DNA of 64,000 nucleotides, from NCBI GenBank assembly GCA_964344235.1, contig CAYFMJ010000001.1:288001-352000 (forward strand), written 5' to 3'. The notes under the pieces are model-generated. The model saw only the letters and a program-made list of their open reading frames with translations. It was not told the origin of the DNA and made no database searches. This document shows positions 1 to 9,515 of the stretch, piece after piece. Each line of letters opens with the position of its first letter. Within the stretch, counting starts at the first letter, position 1. Made by a program: the position numbers and the translations under genes. This DNA is from an uncultured Methanosarcinales archaeon. Lineage in GTDB: Archaea; Nanobdellota; Nanobdellia; Woesearchaeales; GW2011-AR9.

Positions 1-2
1 CA

Positions 3-1643
3 TTAGGAAATGATCGATGGCAATTAACGGTAGCGGAACAACACCAACCATATTTCGTTGATTGGGTAGCACAGTTTGGCCCGAACTGGTTCTCTGTGCC
101 GTTGTTCTTAACATTGTTTATTGTTGGGTCAGTTATTTTATTTCATGCAATGGTGCGGCGTAATAAGAATAGTTCTTTGTTAACGGGCGCGTATGTGTTA
201 TTTATCTTAGCATTTATCTTAAGTAGACACTCTGCAGGTAGCATATTTAATGGGGAAAGTACGATTTCAAAAGTTGTATACTTAGGAAGTTTAGCTGTGT
301 TTGCATTGCTGGCAGTGATATTTTACTTTAAGTCGTTCTATAAAAACCAAGAAGAGTACGAAAAGATTTTAGCATGGGAGAAGAAGTTTATTTTTGTATT
401 AGTGTGGTTCTTAATTATGGTAATTGCAGCTCGTGGAGCTGTTCGGTTGTTGTTTATTTTCGCCCCAATTACAGCATTAATGGCGGCGTATGCAGTTGTA
501 CGTTTAGGGGAGATGGCGTGGAATGTTAAGACGCAGGTGTGGAAGTATGTTGCGTTGACCGTTTTAGTGTTGGTTGTATTTAGTCCGTTTGCATTTCCTG
601 CACAGGGAATTGTTCCGCAATTTACTGAAACGACGTCATCACAAGCAAAGTTTTCCGGTCCATCGTATAACCAACAGTGGCAGGTAACTGGAAGTTGGGT
701 ACGAGAGAATGTTCCTGAAGATGCGGTGTTTGGTCATTGGTGGGATTATGGGTATTGGGTGCAGAATGGTTTTGGAAAAGCTACAGTATTAGATGGAGCG
801 AATAAAATTAAATATTGGAATTATTTGATGGGAAGACATGTTTTAACAGCACAAACACAGGAAGAAGCTCTTGAATTTTTGAAAGTACATGACACGACAC
901 ACTACTTGATTGTTTCTGACGAGATTGGGAAATATACAGCGTACTCAAGCATTGGTTCTGACGAGAATTTTGACCGGTTTAGTTGGATTAATGTCTTTGG
1001 GTTGAATCCACAGGGAACGCAGGAGACTCGTGATAAAACAATTCTCATGTACCAAGGGGGTTATGCTCTTGATGATGATTTTGTCTGGGAGGGAAAAGTA
1101 TATCCTCGCCAAGGTGCAGGAATTGGAGCAGTGTTCTTACCGATGCAGCAGGTTGAACAGGTTGTTAATGGTGAAGCCGTTCTTACGGGGACGTTTGAGC
1201 AGCCAATGATTGCATTGGTTCATGGGAATGAAAGAGTTGATTTACCTCTAGAATGTATTTATGTTAATGGGCAGATGATCTACTTTGAGCAGCCAGGATA
1301 TAACGGTTGTTTCAGACTCATGCCAACTTTAGCAGGTGATGGGAGTGTGGAGAATCCAATTGGCGCAGGTTTATTTGTTTCTGAGGAAGGTGTTAAAGCA
1401 CTGTGGACGAATTTGTATATTTTCGAAGGAAATAACCCTCGCTACGATACGTCAGCATTTGAGTTGATATATGGGGAAGATGGAGTTTATGCACCTTTGT
1501 CGTTGTATCAGAGTAGGATTGTTGGACCTCAGAAGATTTGGCAAATTAATTATCCTGCAGGGTTTACGGTTGATGAAGAGACAACTGCGAAGTATCTTGG
1601 TGGGAATGAATTATTGCCAGGTTATTTCTATGATGTTAATTAG
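3..1643 (+). CDS. aglB: Oligosaccharyltransferase AglB/STT3, C-terminal part (5' end lies outside the window)
   Basis: The frame is open from nt 3 (LGNDRWQLTVAEQHQPYF, containing the EL5 T/SxxE motif TVAE). TM helices follow, then HWWDYGYW (WWDYG motif) and TVLDGAN. The ORF-track start at 96 is an internal GTG. Confidence 0.9.
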   Translation, partial: LGNDRWQLTVAEQHQPYFVDWVAQFGPNWFSVPLFLTLFIVGSVILFHAMVRRNKNSSLLTGAYVLFILAFILSRHSAGSIFNGESTISKVVYLGSLAVFALLAVIFYFKSFYKNQEEYEKILAWEKKFIFVLVWFLIMVIAARGAVRLLFIFAPITALMAAYAVVRLGEMAWNVKTQVWKYVALTVLVLVVFSPFAFPAQGIVPQFTETTSSQAKFSGPSYNQQWQVTGSWVRENVPEDAVFGHWWDYGYWVQNGFGKATVLDGANKIKYWNYLMGRHVLTAQTQEEALEFLKVHDTTHYLIVSDEIGKYTAYSSIGSDENFDRFSWINVFGLNPQGTQETRDKTILMYQGGYALDDDFVWEGKVYPRQGAGIGAVFLPMQQVEQVVNGEAVLTGTFEQPMIALVHGNERVDLPLECIYVNGQMIYFEQPGYNGCFRLMPTLAGDGSVENPIGAGLFVSEEGVKALWTNLYIFEGNNPRYDTSAFELIYGEDGVYAPLSLYQSRIVGPQKIWQINYPAGFTVDEETTAKYLGGNELLPGYFYDVN

Positions 1644-1658
1644 AGTTTATTGAGAGAA

Positions 1659-2366
1659 TTATGTTGTTTTCTTCTTCCCTACCACAATTACGTTAAAACA
1701 CCAGTTGGGGAAGACTTGAAATGGTTTGAGAAGAAAGTATAGCCATCCGGTGTACTGGGGAAAGAGTTGTGTGAGTTGGAACAAAACAGGTATGGTTGCT
1801 GAGAGTCCGTGTTTCGCTTCGATTGTTTGATGCTTTTCCAGCATTCTATAATATTCCCAAATCGGCCTATCGCCGGGATGGTAGGAAACTTTGGCAGTGC
1901 GTAATAATCTCCCGAGAAACATGAATGAAAATCGTGATGACAAATGGGCAAGATTAGGAATACTCCAAATCATTTTTCCAGATGGTCTAAGGATACGTGT
2001 CAGTTCTTTGACAAGTGTTTCTTGTTGGTCTAATTGGAAATGTTCTATTACATCCAGGCATAGGATTATATCGAAGCTGTTATCTTCAAAGGAATTGTTG
2101 AGGATATCATCTTGCTTCACGTATTCTGAGCCATAAAATGCGTCAATACCAATTATGTCGTAGCCTTTGTCTTTGAAGTGTTGAACGAGTAACCCCTGAC
2201 CGCAACCAGCGTCAAGAATTTTTGTGTCTTTTGGCAGTGTGTTAAGAAATGATGTGATGTATTTCATCTTCGCGACGAATGTGTGGCGGTAAGACCATTT
2301 CTTGAACGTCCATTGTGGGTTGATTTTCTTGAGGTGTTCCCCCGAGTAAAGTTTTTCGTAGTTCAT
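1659..2366 (-). CDS. Class I SAM-dependent methyltransferase
   Basis: ILDAGCGQG motif I; FDIILCLDVIEH; LRPSGKMIWSIPN. Confidence 0.85.
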   Translation of the reverse strand: MNYEKLYSGEHLKKINPQWTFKKWSYRHTFVAKMKYITSFLNTLPKDTKILDAGCGQGLLVQHFKDKGYDIIGIDAFYGSEYVKQDDILNNSFEDNSFDIILCLDVIEHFQLDQQETLVKELTRILRPSGKMIWSIPNLAHLSSRFSFMFLGRLLRTAKVSYHPGDRPIWEYYRMLEKHQTIEAKHGLSATIPVLFQLTQLFPQYTGWLYFLLKPFQVFPNWCFNVIVVGKKKTT

Positions 2367-2385
2367 TGTGTTTGTAGAATAAAAT

Positions 2386-4098
2386 TCACTTCTCCTCGCT
2401 TAATACGTTAATTTGCGTGCCGGGAAGAACACCTTTGTTTTGTTTGTGGATGGAGTAGTTTTTTCGAAGAAAGTTGTATATGTGCTTTCCGAGACGCGTT
2501 CCCATAGCGATACCTCGTAATTTTATGTACCGATCGTTATCTCGGGCAATCCAGTAGATTAGGGTGCCCAGTTTCTTGCCAAACCGATATTGTAAAAATG
2601 ATTTGTTGAACACTGCACGGCCTTTCTTTAATGCTTTCACCCGCTCTTTGAAACGGAATTCTCGTGTTTCATAGACTGGCTGGCCGATTTTTGTGGTGGT
2701 GTCTTTCAGGTACTCCTCTGGTTGCCGTAAGAAGCGGGCGCGTCCAGTTTTTTCTTGTTCTCGAATCCATTTATACACATCTGTTCCAGGATAGGGGATC
2801 ATGTTTGAGAACATTGCATAGTCGCAGGTTTTGAGGATTTTCTTCGCAAATTTCACGGAATCGAGCGCTCGTTCATAGGTTTCTTCAGGATGGCCAACAA
2901 TAAAGTTAACAGCATGTTTCAAGCCAACTTTCTTTGTTAGGGCAGATGTTTCTTCAATTTTTTTGAGTGTGGTTGCTTTCTTAATTGTTTTAAGAATGTA
3001 GGGGTTACCTGTCTCTAACCCATAGGAAACGAAGACGCAACCCGCTTGTTTCATTAATGTAAGGAGTTCTTCATCAACCCTGTCTGCTCGAATGCCGTTT
3101 GCACAGTTCCAGTCAAACCTCATGCCGCTATCGATAATCATGCGGCAGACTTGTTTTGCTCGCTTAATGTCCATGGTAAAGACATCATCAACGAATTCAA
3201 AGAACCTGTATCCTTTATCGTACCAATGCTTGATCTCCGCTAAAATGTGGTCTGGTCCTCGTGGCCGGAAGGCTTGTCCCATACTTACTTTTACGTCGCA
3301 AAATGTACAACTATACGGACAACCCCGTGAAGTTTCGATCGGGAGCCGCTTATCTACGTAGTGAATATACTTTGGAAGTTCAAATTTCTCATACGCAGGG
3401 TAGGGAAGTTCGTCCAGTTGCCAGTTTAATTTTCTAATTTGGTTTTCAATAATTTGCCCTTTGCCATCTCTCCAAATTAGACTTTTAATTTTGCCTAGTG
3501 GCCAGCCTGCACAAAGTTGGAAGAGAGGGATTTCTCCATCTCTTGTGATGCCGAAGTCAGCATTGGTTTTTTCCAGTGCTTCTCCTTTAACTGTTGAGAT
3601 GTGGGCTCCACCAAGAATTAATGGGAGTTTGGTTCTTGTTTTAATTTCATTAATGACTTTATAGGTTCGCACGAAGTCGAAGCTAAACATTGTTACGCCA
3701 ATAAGATCGGCTTTGAACTCTTCAGCTTTCTTTACAATGTCATCGATGTTGTAGCCAAGTTGTTGATCGATGACTGCGGTTTCAAAACCTTCGCGATCAA
3801 GATAGGCCATTAACATTGCTATCCCTAAATGGGGATTGAGTGCTTTTCCATACGCGGCAGAAACGTTAGTAACAACGAAGAGAATCCTGTTAAAACGGCG
3901 TTTGTACTCCGGACGTTTAACATCTTCTTCGTTCTGTGGAACGTATTGTGATTTGATTTTTTCTTGCGCTGCTTTGATTTTCTCAAGAATTGCTTCTTTT
4001 TCAGAATCTGGTTTGTTTGAACTAGGGATTCCGGTGAGGTTTTCTGTAGAAGAATCTTGTGGTACAGTTGCTGTTTCTGGAGGAGTCATGAGAATCAC
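2386..4098 (-). CDS. Cobalamin-binding radical SAM protein (class B methyltransferase-like)
   Basis: B12-binding region PHLGIAMLMAYL...LGGAHIS; radical SAM motif SRGCPYSCTFC; FVDDVF; YGLETG. Confidence 0.88.
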   Translation of the reverse strand: MILMTPPETATVPQDSSTENLTGIPSSNKPDSEKEAILEKIKAAQEKIKSQYVPQNEEDVKRPEYKRRFNRILFVVTNVSAAYGKALNPHLGIAMLMAYLDREGFETAVIDQQLGYNIDDIVKKAEEFKADLIGVTMFSFDFVRTYKVINEIKTRTKLPLILGGAHISTVKGEALEKTNADFGITRDGEIPLFQLCAGWPLGKIKSLIWRDGKGQIIENQIRKLNWQLDELPYPAYEKFELPKYIHYVDKRLPIETSRGCPYSCTFCDVKVSMGQAFRPRGPDHILAEIKHWYDKGYRFFEFVDDVFTMDIKRAKQVCRMIIDSGMRFDWNCANGIRADRVDEELLTLMKQAGCVFVSYGLETGNPYILKTIKKATTLKKIEETSALTKKVGLKHAVNFIVGHPEETYERALDSVKFAKKILKTCDYAMFSNMIPYPGTDVYKWIREQEKTGRARFLRQPEEYLKDTTTKIGQPVYETREFRFKERVKALKKGRAVFNKSFLQYRFGKKLGTLIYWIARDNDRYIKLRGIAMGTRLGKHIYNFLRKNYSIHKQNKGVLPGTQINVLSEEK

Positions 4099-4192
4099 AC
4101 CTATTGATTACGAATTATGGTTTAACCCACCTATTTTGTTGTGTGGAAGCTCGGTGTTTAGACCGTTTAAATAGTTTACGGATGTTTTTTTA

Positions 4193-4489
4193 ATGAAATG
4201 TGTTTTTGTGTGCAGAATGGAGAAGAAATATCGGCTTGTATATCGGAAGAGTGAATGTATTGGAGCAGGAGCGTGTGAAGCAGCGTACCCCGAAGCGTGG
4301 TTTTTTGATAAAGAAACAAGTATTGCGACATTGAAGTCGGAGAAGACGATAAGAACCGATGAGCGAGAGGAGTTGGAGTTTGGCCAGGAAGAGTTTGATA
4401 AATTCTTAGAATCAGCACAAGTGTGTCCTGTAATGATTATTGAGGTGTTTGATCAGGAGACGGGGAAGCGGGTTTTTCCTGAGGAGTAA
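4193..4489 (+). CDS. Single-cluster ferredoxin, [3Fe-4S]-type motif
   Basis: CIGAGAC...AQVCPV (second Cys replaced by Ala); small acidic protein. The start may be ATG 4217. Confidence 0.8.
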   Translation: MKCVFVCRMEKKYRLVYRKSECIGAGACEAAYPEAWFFDKETSIATLKSEKTIRTDEREELEFGQEEFDKFLESAQVCPVMIIEVFDQETGKRVFPEE

Positions 4490-5741
4490 CTGGTGGGTTG
4501 TTGTTTTGTATTCGTAATTTCTTAATTCCATAAATGTTTAGTGCGATTTTTATGATAATAGTGATCGCTGTAGCGATTGGAGCTCCAATGATGCCCCATG
4601 CTGAAATGAGTAAGACGTTGAGTAATGTGTTGATAATCAGTGAGATTGCGAAGTCTGCTACGAGAATTTTCATGTACAGTGGAGAGTATTCGTTTTCTCC
4701 CACAAAAATAGAGTTGAAGTAGGAGTAAAGAACAAGAAGTGTTGAGGAAATAACTAGCGCAATTGGTAAGTATGTTGCGGAGTAGCCTGCACCATATAAA
4801 ATCGGAACGAGGATGTAGCTTCCTGCCAAAACGAGAAGTGCGAATGGGATAAGTAATTTGAAGATTCTTTTAAGAGATTGTTTTAACCTATAATGATGAA
4901 TTGCAGCCATCGGCACAACGACCATCGGAAAGACATAGCCCAGTAATCGGATGGTGTTAGTGATAGAACCGTATGCTGAATACAAACCAAGACTGGTGAA
5001 ATCAACGAGGTATTTAATCGTGATGGCGTCAGCAAAGCGAAGTGAGTAGAAGCTTACCTGCATTAGGAATAATGAGAGGGCGAGGATGAAGAATTTCTTG
5101 AAAGGTGTTGATTGTTGTAATTGTGGTTTGGGAAAATGTTTGAGAATTTGTGGAATGCTGGCAACGGTTGCAATGAGGAGTGCTATGGAAAAGCTGATGA
5201 GAACATAGGTGAATGGGAAAAGATACAATGCAAGTAAGACGATGAATAGTATGACAAATATCCTGTTGAGTAATGAGTACATGGAAGCACTGACAAATTT
5301 CTGCCAACCACGTAGTATGTTGTAGGAGATGTAATGGAGTGTGTAGAACACTATGTAGAGAGTAAATGCGAGGTTGAAATATGGAAGTTGTGGGTTAAGA
5401 TGGGTATATGTAGTGATGGTTATGGTGATCAGGATGAAGAAAATCGTAAATGGAGTTAAGAGGGTGAGTGCGTGTCTCAGTGAATTTCGTAATCGATGTG
5501 GGTTTTTGATAATAATTTGAGTGATTGCATCAGGAATACCAAAGGAGGTGAATAAAAACACGAGGCTCACAAGGCTGAAGAAGTATGTGAAAATTCCTAA
5601 TTCTTCTTGTCCGTAGAGGCGGGCAATAAGAATTTTTATGAAGATGATGGTTAAGGCAATAAACCCATAGATGAAGAATGTTTTGAATAAATGGGCGCGT
5701 GTTTCGCCACCAAGAGTGAGTTTTTTAATTTTTTGAATCAT
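4437..5741 (-). CDS. Wzx/MATE-type oligosaccharide flippase
   Basis: About 12 hydrophobic segments; ARLYGQEELGIF; LGLYSAYGSI; WGIIGAPIAT. Confidence 0.82.
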   Translation of the reverse strand: MIQKIKKLTLGGETRAHLFKTFFIYGFIALTIIFIKILIARLYGQEELGIFTYFFSLVSLVFLFTSFGIPDAITQIIIKNPHRLRNSLRHALTLLTPFTIFFILITITITTYTHLNPQLPYFNLAFTLYIVFYTLHYISYNILRGWQKFVSASMYSLLNRIFVILFIVLLALYLFPFTYVLISFSIALLIATVASIPQILKHFPKPQLQQSTPFKKFFILALSLFLMQVSFYSLRFADAITIKYLVDFTSLGLYSAYGSITNTIRLLGYVFPMVVVPMAAIHHYRLKQSLKRIFKLLIPFALLVLAGSYILVPILYGAGYSATYLPIALVISSTLLVLYSYFNSIFVGENEYSPLYMKILVADFAISLIINTLLNVLLISAWGIIGAPIATAITIIIKIALNIYGIKKLRIQNNNPPVTPQEKPASPSPDQTPQ

Positions 5742-5755
5742 CTGTTGTTATTCTG

Positions 5756-6241
5756 TTATTCTCTTTTTGTTTTTCTAGTTTTTGTTTTTGCAAGGAATGA
5801 ATGGATTTCTTCATGAATAGTGTGGGGTGTGGGCGAGTATGAGGCAAAGTTGTGTGTCTCGGCTTTCTGAATACACTCAGCGAGTTGTTGTGGTGTGTCA
5901 CAATATAGTAGGCCGTCTGTTTCTTGTGCAATGGCTTGCAGAAACTCTACTTGGTGGCGCGGATCAGTTCTGTTTCTGTTGGGGATACCAATTAATTTCT
6001 TTCCCATTTTGAGAATTTCAAAGATACAACCGGGTCCACCGTGACTGATGATTACGTCTGCTTGCTGTTCATACTTTGTTAATGGTGCTTCAAACGTAAA
6101 CCAGTTGCAATGTTGTGGTTTGTATTCTCCATGGCCGAGTTGGATAAGAACGTCGTCTTTGATAACTCCCGTGGATTTTAATCTATCAATCTCTTTGACG
6201 AGTTCTTCAAATTTTCCGTTTCCTACTGTGACGAAGAGCAT
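5756..6241 (-). CDS. Alg13/PssE-like GT28 C-terminal (nucleotide-sugar-binding) subunit
   Basis: MLFVTVGN, VIISHGGPGCI, PNRNRTDPRHQVEF. Probable start ATG 6241 (ORF track 6283). Confidence 0.85.
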   Translation of the reverse strand: MLFVTVGNGKFEELVKEIDRLKSTGVIKDDVLIQLGHGEYKPQHCNWFTFEAPLTKYEQQADVIISHGGPGCIFEILKMGKKLIGIPNRNRTDPRHQVEFLQAIAQETDGLLYCDTPQQLAECIQKAETHNFASYSPTPHTIHEEIHSFLAKTKTRKTKRE

Positions 6242-6263
6242 TGTGTTGAATGTCTGATGGGGA

Positions 6264-6767
6264 TTATGACAACCTCCCTGCATGTTTGGCTTTTGGATAG
6301 ACTTTTTTCATACTTTCCCATTGAACGAGGAAGAGATCAGATACAGGGTAGACGAGTTTTCCAGTTTGTGATTTATGGTGGACCCGCACCCATGACTCAA
6401 TAAAGATTGTTTTGATACCCATAACTTTAGCAATCCAGAATAATGGGATGGCAGCGGAAGGGCCGGCACTAATAAACACATCTGGTTTTGCTTTTCGTAA
6501 GATATTGAAGCCTTGAATAGTTGTGGGGAACATGTTGAGGACGACTCTAAAGAGGGATTTATCTTTCATTAACCGTGGATTTTTAATGGTGTGAACTTTC
6601 CCGGGATGGTGGATTTTCTTTGCAGATGTTTGGTCATCATGGCCTACGAGGTATTGAAATTGGTGAGTTGGATCGAGATTTTTTGTTAGTTCCAGTATTT
6701 GTGAAGTGTGGCCGCCCATCCCTAGGTGAATAAGGAGGTTTTTACTGCTGTTTAGCGTGGTACTCAT
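6264..6767 (-). CDS. Alg14/PssD-like glycosyltransferase subunit
   Basis: LGMGGHTSQI, KPDVFISAGP, IFIESWVRV, DLFLVQWE. Probable start ATG 6767 (ORF track 6788). Confidence 0.85.
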   Translation of the reverse strand: MSTTLNSSKNLLIHLGMGGHTSQILELTKNLDPTHQFQYLVGHDDQTSAKKIHHPGKVHTIKNPRLMKDKSLFRVVLNMFPTTIQGFNILRKAKPDVFISAGPSAAIPLFWIAKVMGIKTIFIESWVRVHHKSQTGKLVYPVSDLFLVQWESMKKVYPKAKHAGRLS

Positions 6768-6831
6768 AAAATGGTCTCGGTTCGACAAGATTTATAAAGA
6801 TTTGGAAAAAGATTTTGGAAATGGTGGTTCT

Positions 6832-8583
6832 ATGTTGAGGGCGGCAAGGAAAACTCCGTTGGAAGAAGGAGAGTGTAGGACGATTAGCGCTACTTCTGGG
6901 AACGTTACTGAGAATGGATCCTTAACAGAGACACAGACCGTTTTTGGAGCTACAAGTGAACTTGAGGATGTTACGAAAGAAACCCCTCCCCTGGAAACAC
7001 AAAGAATAAAAGAGCATAAATTTAATTTTCCTAAAGGAAAGACAATTGATTTTTTAAAGGATAAGTATCACCTTATTCTGGTAGCAGTTTTAGTTTTGGT
7101 TCTGCTCACACGCTTGAAATATATTGGTCAAGAAAGTCTATGGAATGATGCAGCTGTTCACTTGTGGTACGTTATAAAAGTTACTAAAGAACCACTGTTT
7201 ATACTTAGTCATGAATATCTGCTTGGAGATTATGCAATCCCACAAACAATTATGACTCTTTTTTACTTTGTTGTTAAAGATGCTCTCACTGCGGGGAAGA
7301 TTGTTGCAGTTTTATATTCTTTAGTGGGAGTTGTCTTAATTTACCTTTTAGGCTCAGAACTTAAAAGTAAATTCGTTGGGGTCATGGCGGCTATCCTTTT
7401 AGCTTTTAATCATATCTTTTGGTTTTACAGCGTAAGGCCTTTGGGAGATTCACCGCTAATGGTTAGTACTATTTTTATCTTCTATTGCATGGTTCGGTTA
7501 GAAAAAGAAAAAACAATGATCTGGGGTTTTCTCACGGGGACCGCCTTCGTTCTCGCACTTTTCCATAAGGTCCAATCCTCTATTTTTATCCTTGGTCTTG
7601 TTCTTTACTATATTCTTTTTAAGCGTAAAGAAATGATTAGAAACAAGCCAACGCTTGTTTCTTGGTTGATACCCGTAGGGACAATTGTGGTGGGGCACCT
7701 TGTCGCTCAGATCTTTTACGGCCGAGATTTGCTTGGAAGATTATTCGGCTTAATGATTTATTTAAGAGGAATGCCTTTTGGATTTGAGGCTGCTGGTATG
7801 CTGGAATGGGTCTTTTCTTGGTATTTAATCCCGTTTGTTTTCTTGGGGGCTTTGTTCGTTGTTTTTTATAAATATAAGAGATTTTATCCGCTACTTGTTT
7901 TAGGGCTTTATTACTGGTTTTACTTTGAGGTTAATGTTGATAATACGCAAGACAGATATGTTTTACCTCTCCTTCCTATAGCAATATTGTTAGCAGTATT
8001 CGCGATAGAAGAGATCGCATCATACCTCTCGATGGTCTTCCCGAAGAAAGTGAAATCTATCCTAAAGCATGTGATTGTTATTGCTGTTGTTTTGCTCTTA
8101 GCTTTGAATTATTATCAAGTTGGTGATCCTTTGATTTATAATAAATCGTTTAGTTACACTGGCCATGCAGAAGCAGGTCAGTGGATGAAAGAGAATATTC
8201 CTGAGGAGACCCCGATTTTTGCTGGTTCGTATCGTTTTGTTCGTTTGTTTACTGAGCGTGAGTTTGGTGGGCCGGCGGAAGAATCTTTTGGAGGATCAAT
8301 TTGGAACCTACGGGCAGAAAAAGTATATGCATCAAATCGGACTGCCTTTGAGGAGGATCTTTTGCGTCTTTCTCAAGAGAGCGATGTCTATTTGGAAATT
8401 GACCACATTGAATACACTCAACCAAGTTGGTATTATCCATTGACTGAAGATAGCGTTAGCTACTTCGCTTCTCTTGGTTTTAACTTAGTGCATGTTGTCA
8501 ATGGAAAAGTGCTGACGAACGAGGGGGTTATGGAAACACCGATGATTTTTATCTTTAAAAAAGATAAAGTAGAGTTAGAATGA
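6832..8583 (+). CDS. GT-C fold membrane glycosyltransferase (ArnT/PMT-like)
   Basis: Multi-TM protein; SLWNDAA loop; QDRYVLPLLP; C-terminal soluble domain. Probable start ATG 6832 (ORF track 6757). Confidence 0.75.
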   Translation: MLRAARKTPLEEGECRTISATSGNVTENGSLTETQTVFGATSELEDVTKETPPLETQRIKEHKFNFPKGKTIDFLKDKYHLILVAVLVLVLLTRLKYIGQESLWNDAAVHLWYVIKVTKEPLFILSHEYLLGDYAIPQTIMTLFYFVVKDALTAGKIVAVLYSLVGVVLIYLLGSELKSKFVGVMAAILLAFNHIFWFYSVRPLGDSPLMVSTIFIFYCMVRLEKEKTMIWGFLTGTAFVLALFHKVQSSIFILGLVLYYILFKRKEMIRNKPTLVSWLIPVGTIVVGHLVAQIFYGRDLLGRLFGLMIYLRGMPFGFEAAGMLEWVFSWYLIPFVFLGALFVVFYKYKRFYPLLVLGLYYWFYFEVNVDNTQDRYVLPLLPIAILLAVFAIEEIASYLSMVFPKKVKSILKHVIVIAVVLLLALNYYQVGDPLIYNKSFSYTGHAEAGQWMKENIPEETPIFAGSYRFVRLFTEREFGGPAEESFGGSIWNLRAEKVYASNRTAFEEDLLRLSQESDVYLEIDHIEYTQPSWYYPLTEDSVSYFASLGFNLVHVVNGKVLTNEGVMETPMIFIFKKDKVELE

Positions 8584-9515
8584 ATCCCAGAAAGTATGCG
8601 ACAATTCAAGTAGATTTAGATGGCTTATGGACAAATTTAGCGTATTATGGTTATGACCACCCTGTGGAAGATGACCCTGTATTTGCCAGTTCAGTACCTC
8701 GTTTTATTGAATTGTTCAAAGAATTTGATGTTAAAGCAACATTTTTCTTGATAGGCAGGGATGGAGAGGTGCCTTGGAAAGCAGAATTGGTAAAAAAATT
8801 GGTCGAGGCAGGGCATGAAGTTGCTAACCATACTTACAATCACCCTTTTGGTTTACGAAAGTTGCCTCAACAAGAGCAAGTTACAGAGATTGAACGAGGA
8901 GAAGAAGTAATCAAAAAGATTACTGGGAAAAAACCTCGTGGATTTAAAGCTCCAGGGTATGACATGGACGCAGGAGTTTTGCGGTTATTAGCAGAGAAGG
9001 GGTATAGGTACGATTCTTCAATGATTCCAACGTTTGTATACCCGATGATTATGAAGATGATGCAACTCATTTCGGGTGGGGCAAAACGGACGCACGGGCC
9101 AAAGTGGAGTTGGGCGTTTGCTCCGAATACTGTCTATCGGCCGTCAGGTCATAAAGAGTCAAGACGAGGAAAGATGCCCCTGGTAGAGTTGCCGTGCACA
9201 GTTGTCCCGGGGTTGCGGTTACCGTACCATGCAACGTTTGCATTGCGGTTAGGTATGCCTTACTTTTCACCAGCATATGGGCTTACAAAGATGACTCGCG
9301 GGACGTTGAATTATGAATTTCACGCTGTTGATTTAGCAGATGATATTACTGATGATAGATTGACACACGTCAAGGGAATACCTCTTAGTAAAAGGATTGA
9401 ACGTTGTCGAGCGATCGTCAAAAAGATGGTAACTCACTATGATGTTGTTGTGTCTGAGGATTTAGTGCAGGAGGTTCAGCAAGGAAATGGTTTGCTCTCT
9501 ACTCGCAAAAGATGA
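8580..9515 (+). CDS. Polysaccharide deacetylase (NodB/CE4 fold; ArnD-like position)
   Basis: IQVDLD, KATFF, HEVANHTYNH, GFKAPG, YDSS, EFH motifs. Confidence 0.85.
   Translation: MNPRKYATIQVDLDGLWTNLAYYGYDHPVEDDPVFASSVPRFIELFKEFDVKATFFLIGRDGEVPWKAELVKKLVEAGHEVANHTYNHPFGLRKLPQQEQVTEIERGEEVIKKITGKKPRGFKAPGYDMDAGVLRLLAEKGYRYDSSMIPTFVYPMIMKMMQLISGGAKRTHGPKWSWAFAPNTVYRPSGHKESRRGKMPLVELPCTVVPGLRLPYHATFALRLGMPYFSPAYGLTKMTRGTLNYEFHAVDLADDITDDRLTHVKGIPLSKRIERCRAIVKKMVTHYDVVVSEDLVQEVQQGNGLLSTRKR

Noticed and set aside
4437-4489. 53-nt convergent overlap of the ferredoxin and flippase genes as an antisense control system
   Set aside because: The flippase tail is low-complexity (PPVTPQEKPASPSP), which is typical of stop-codon drift in compact genomes.
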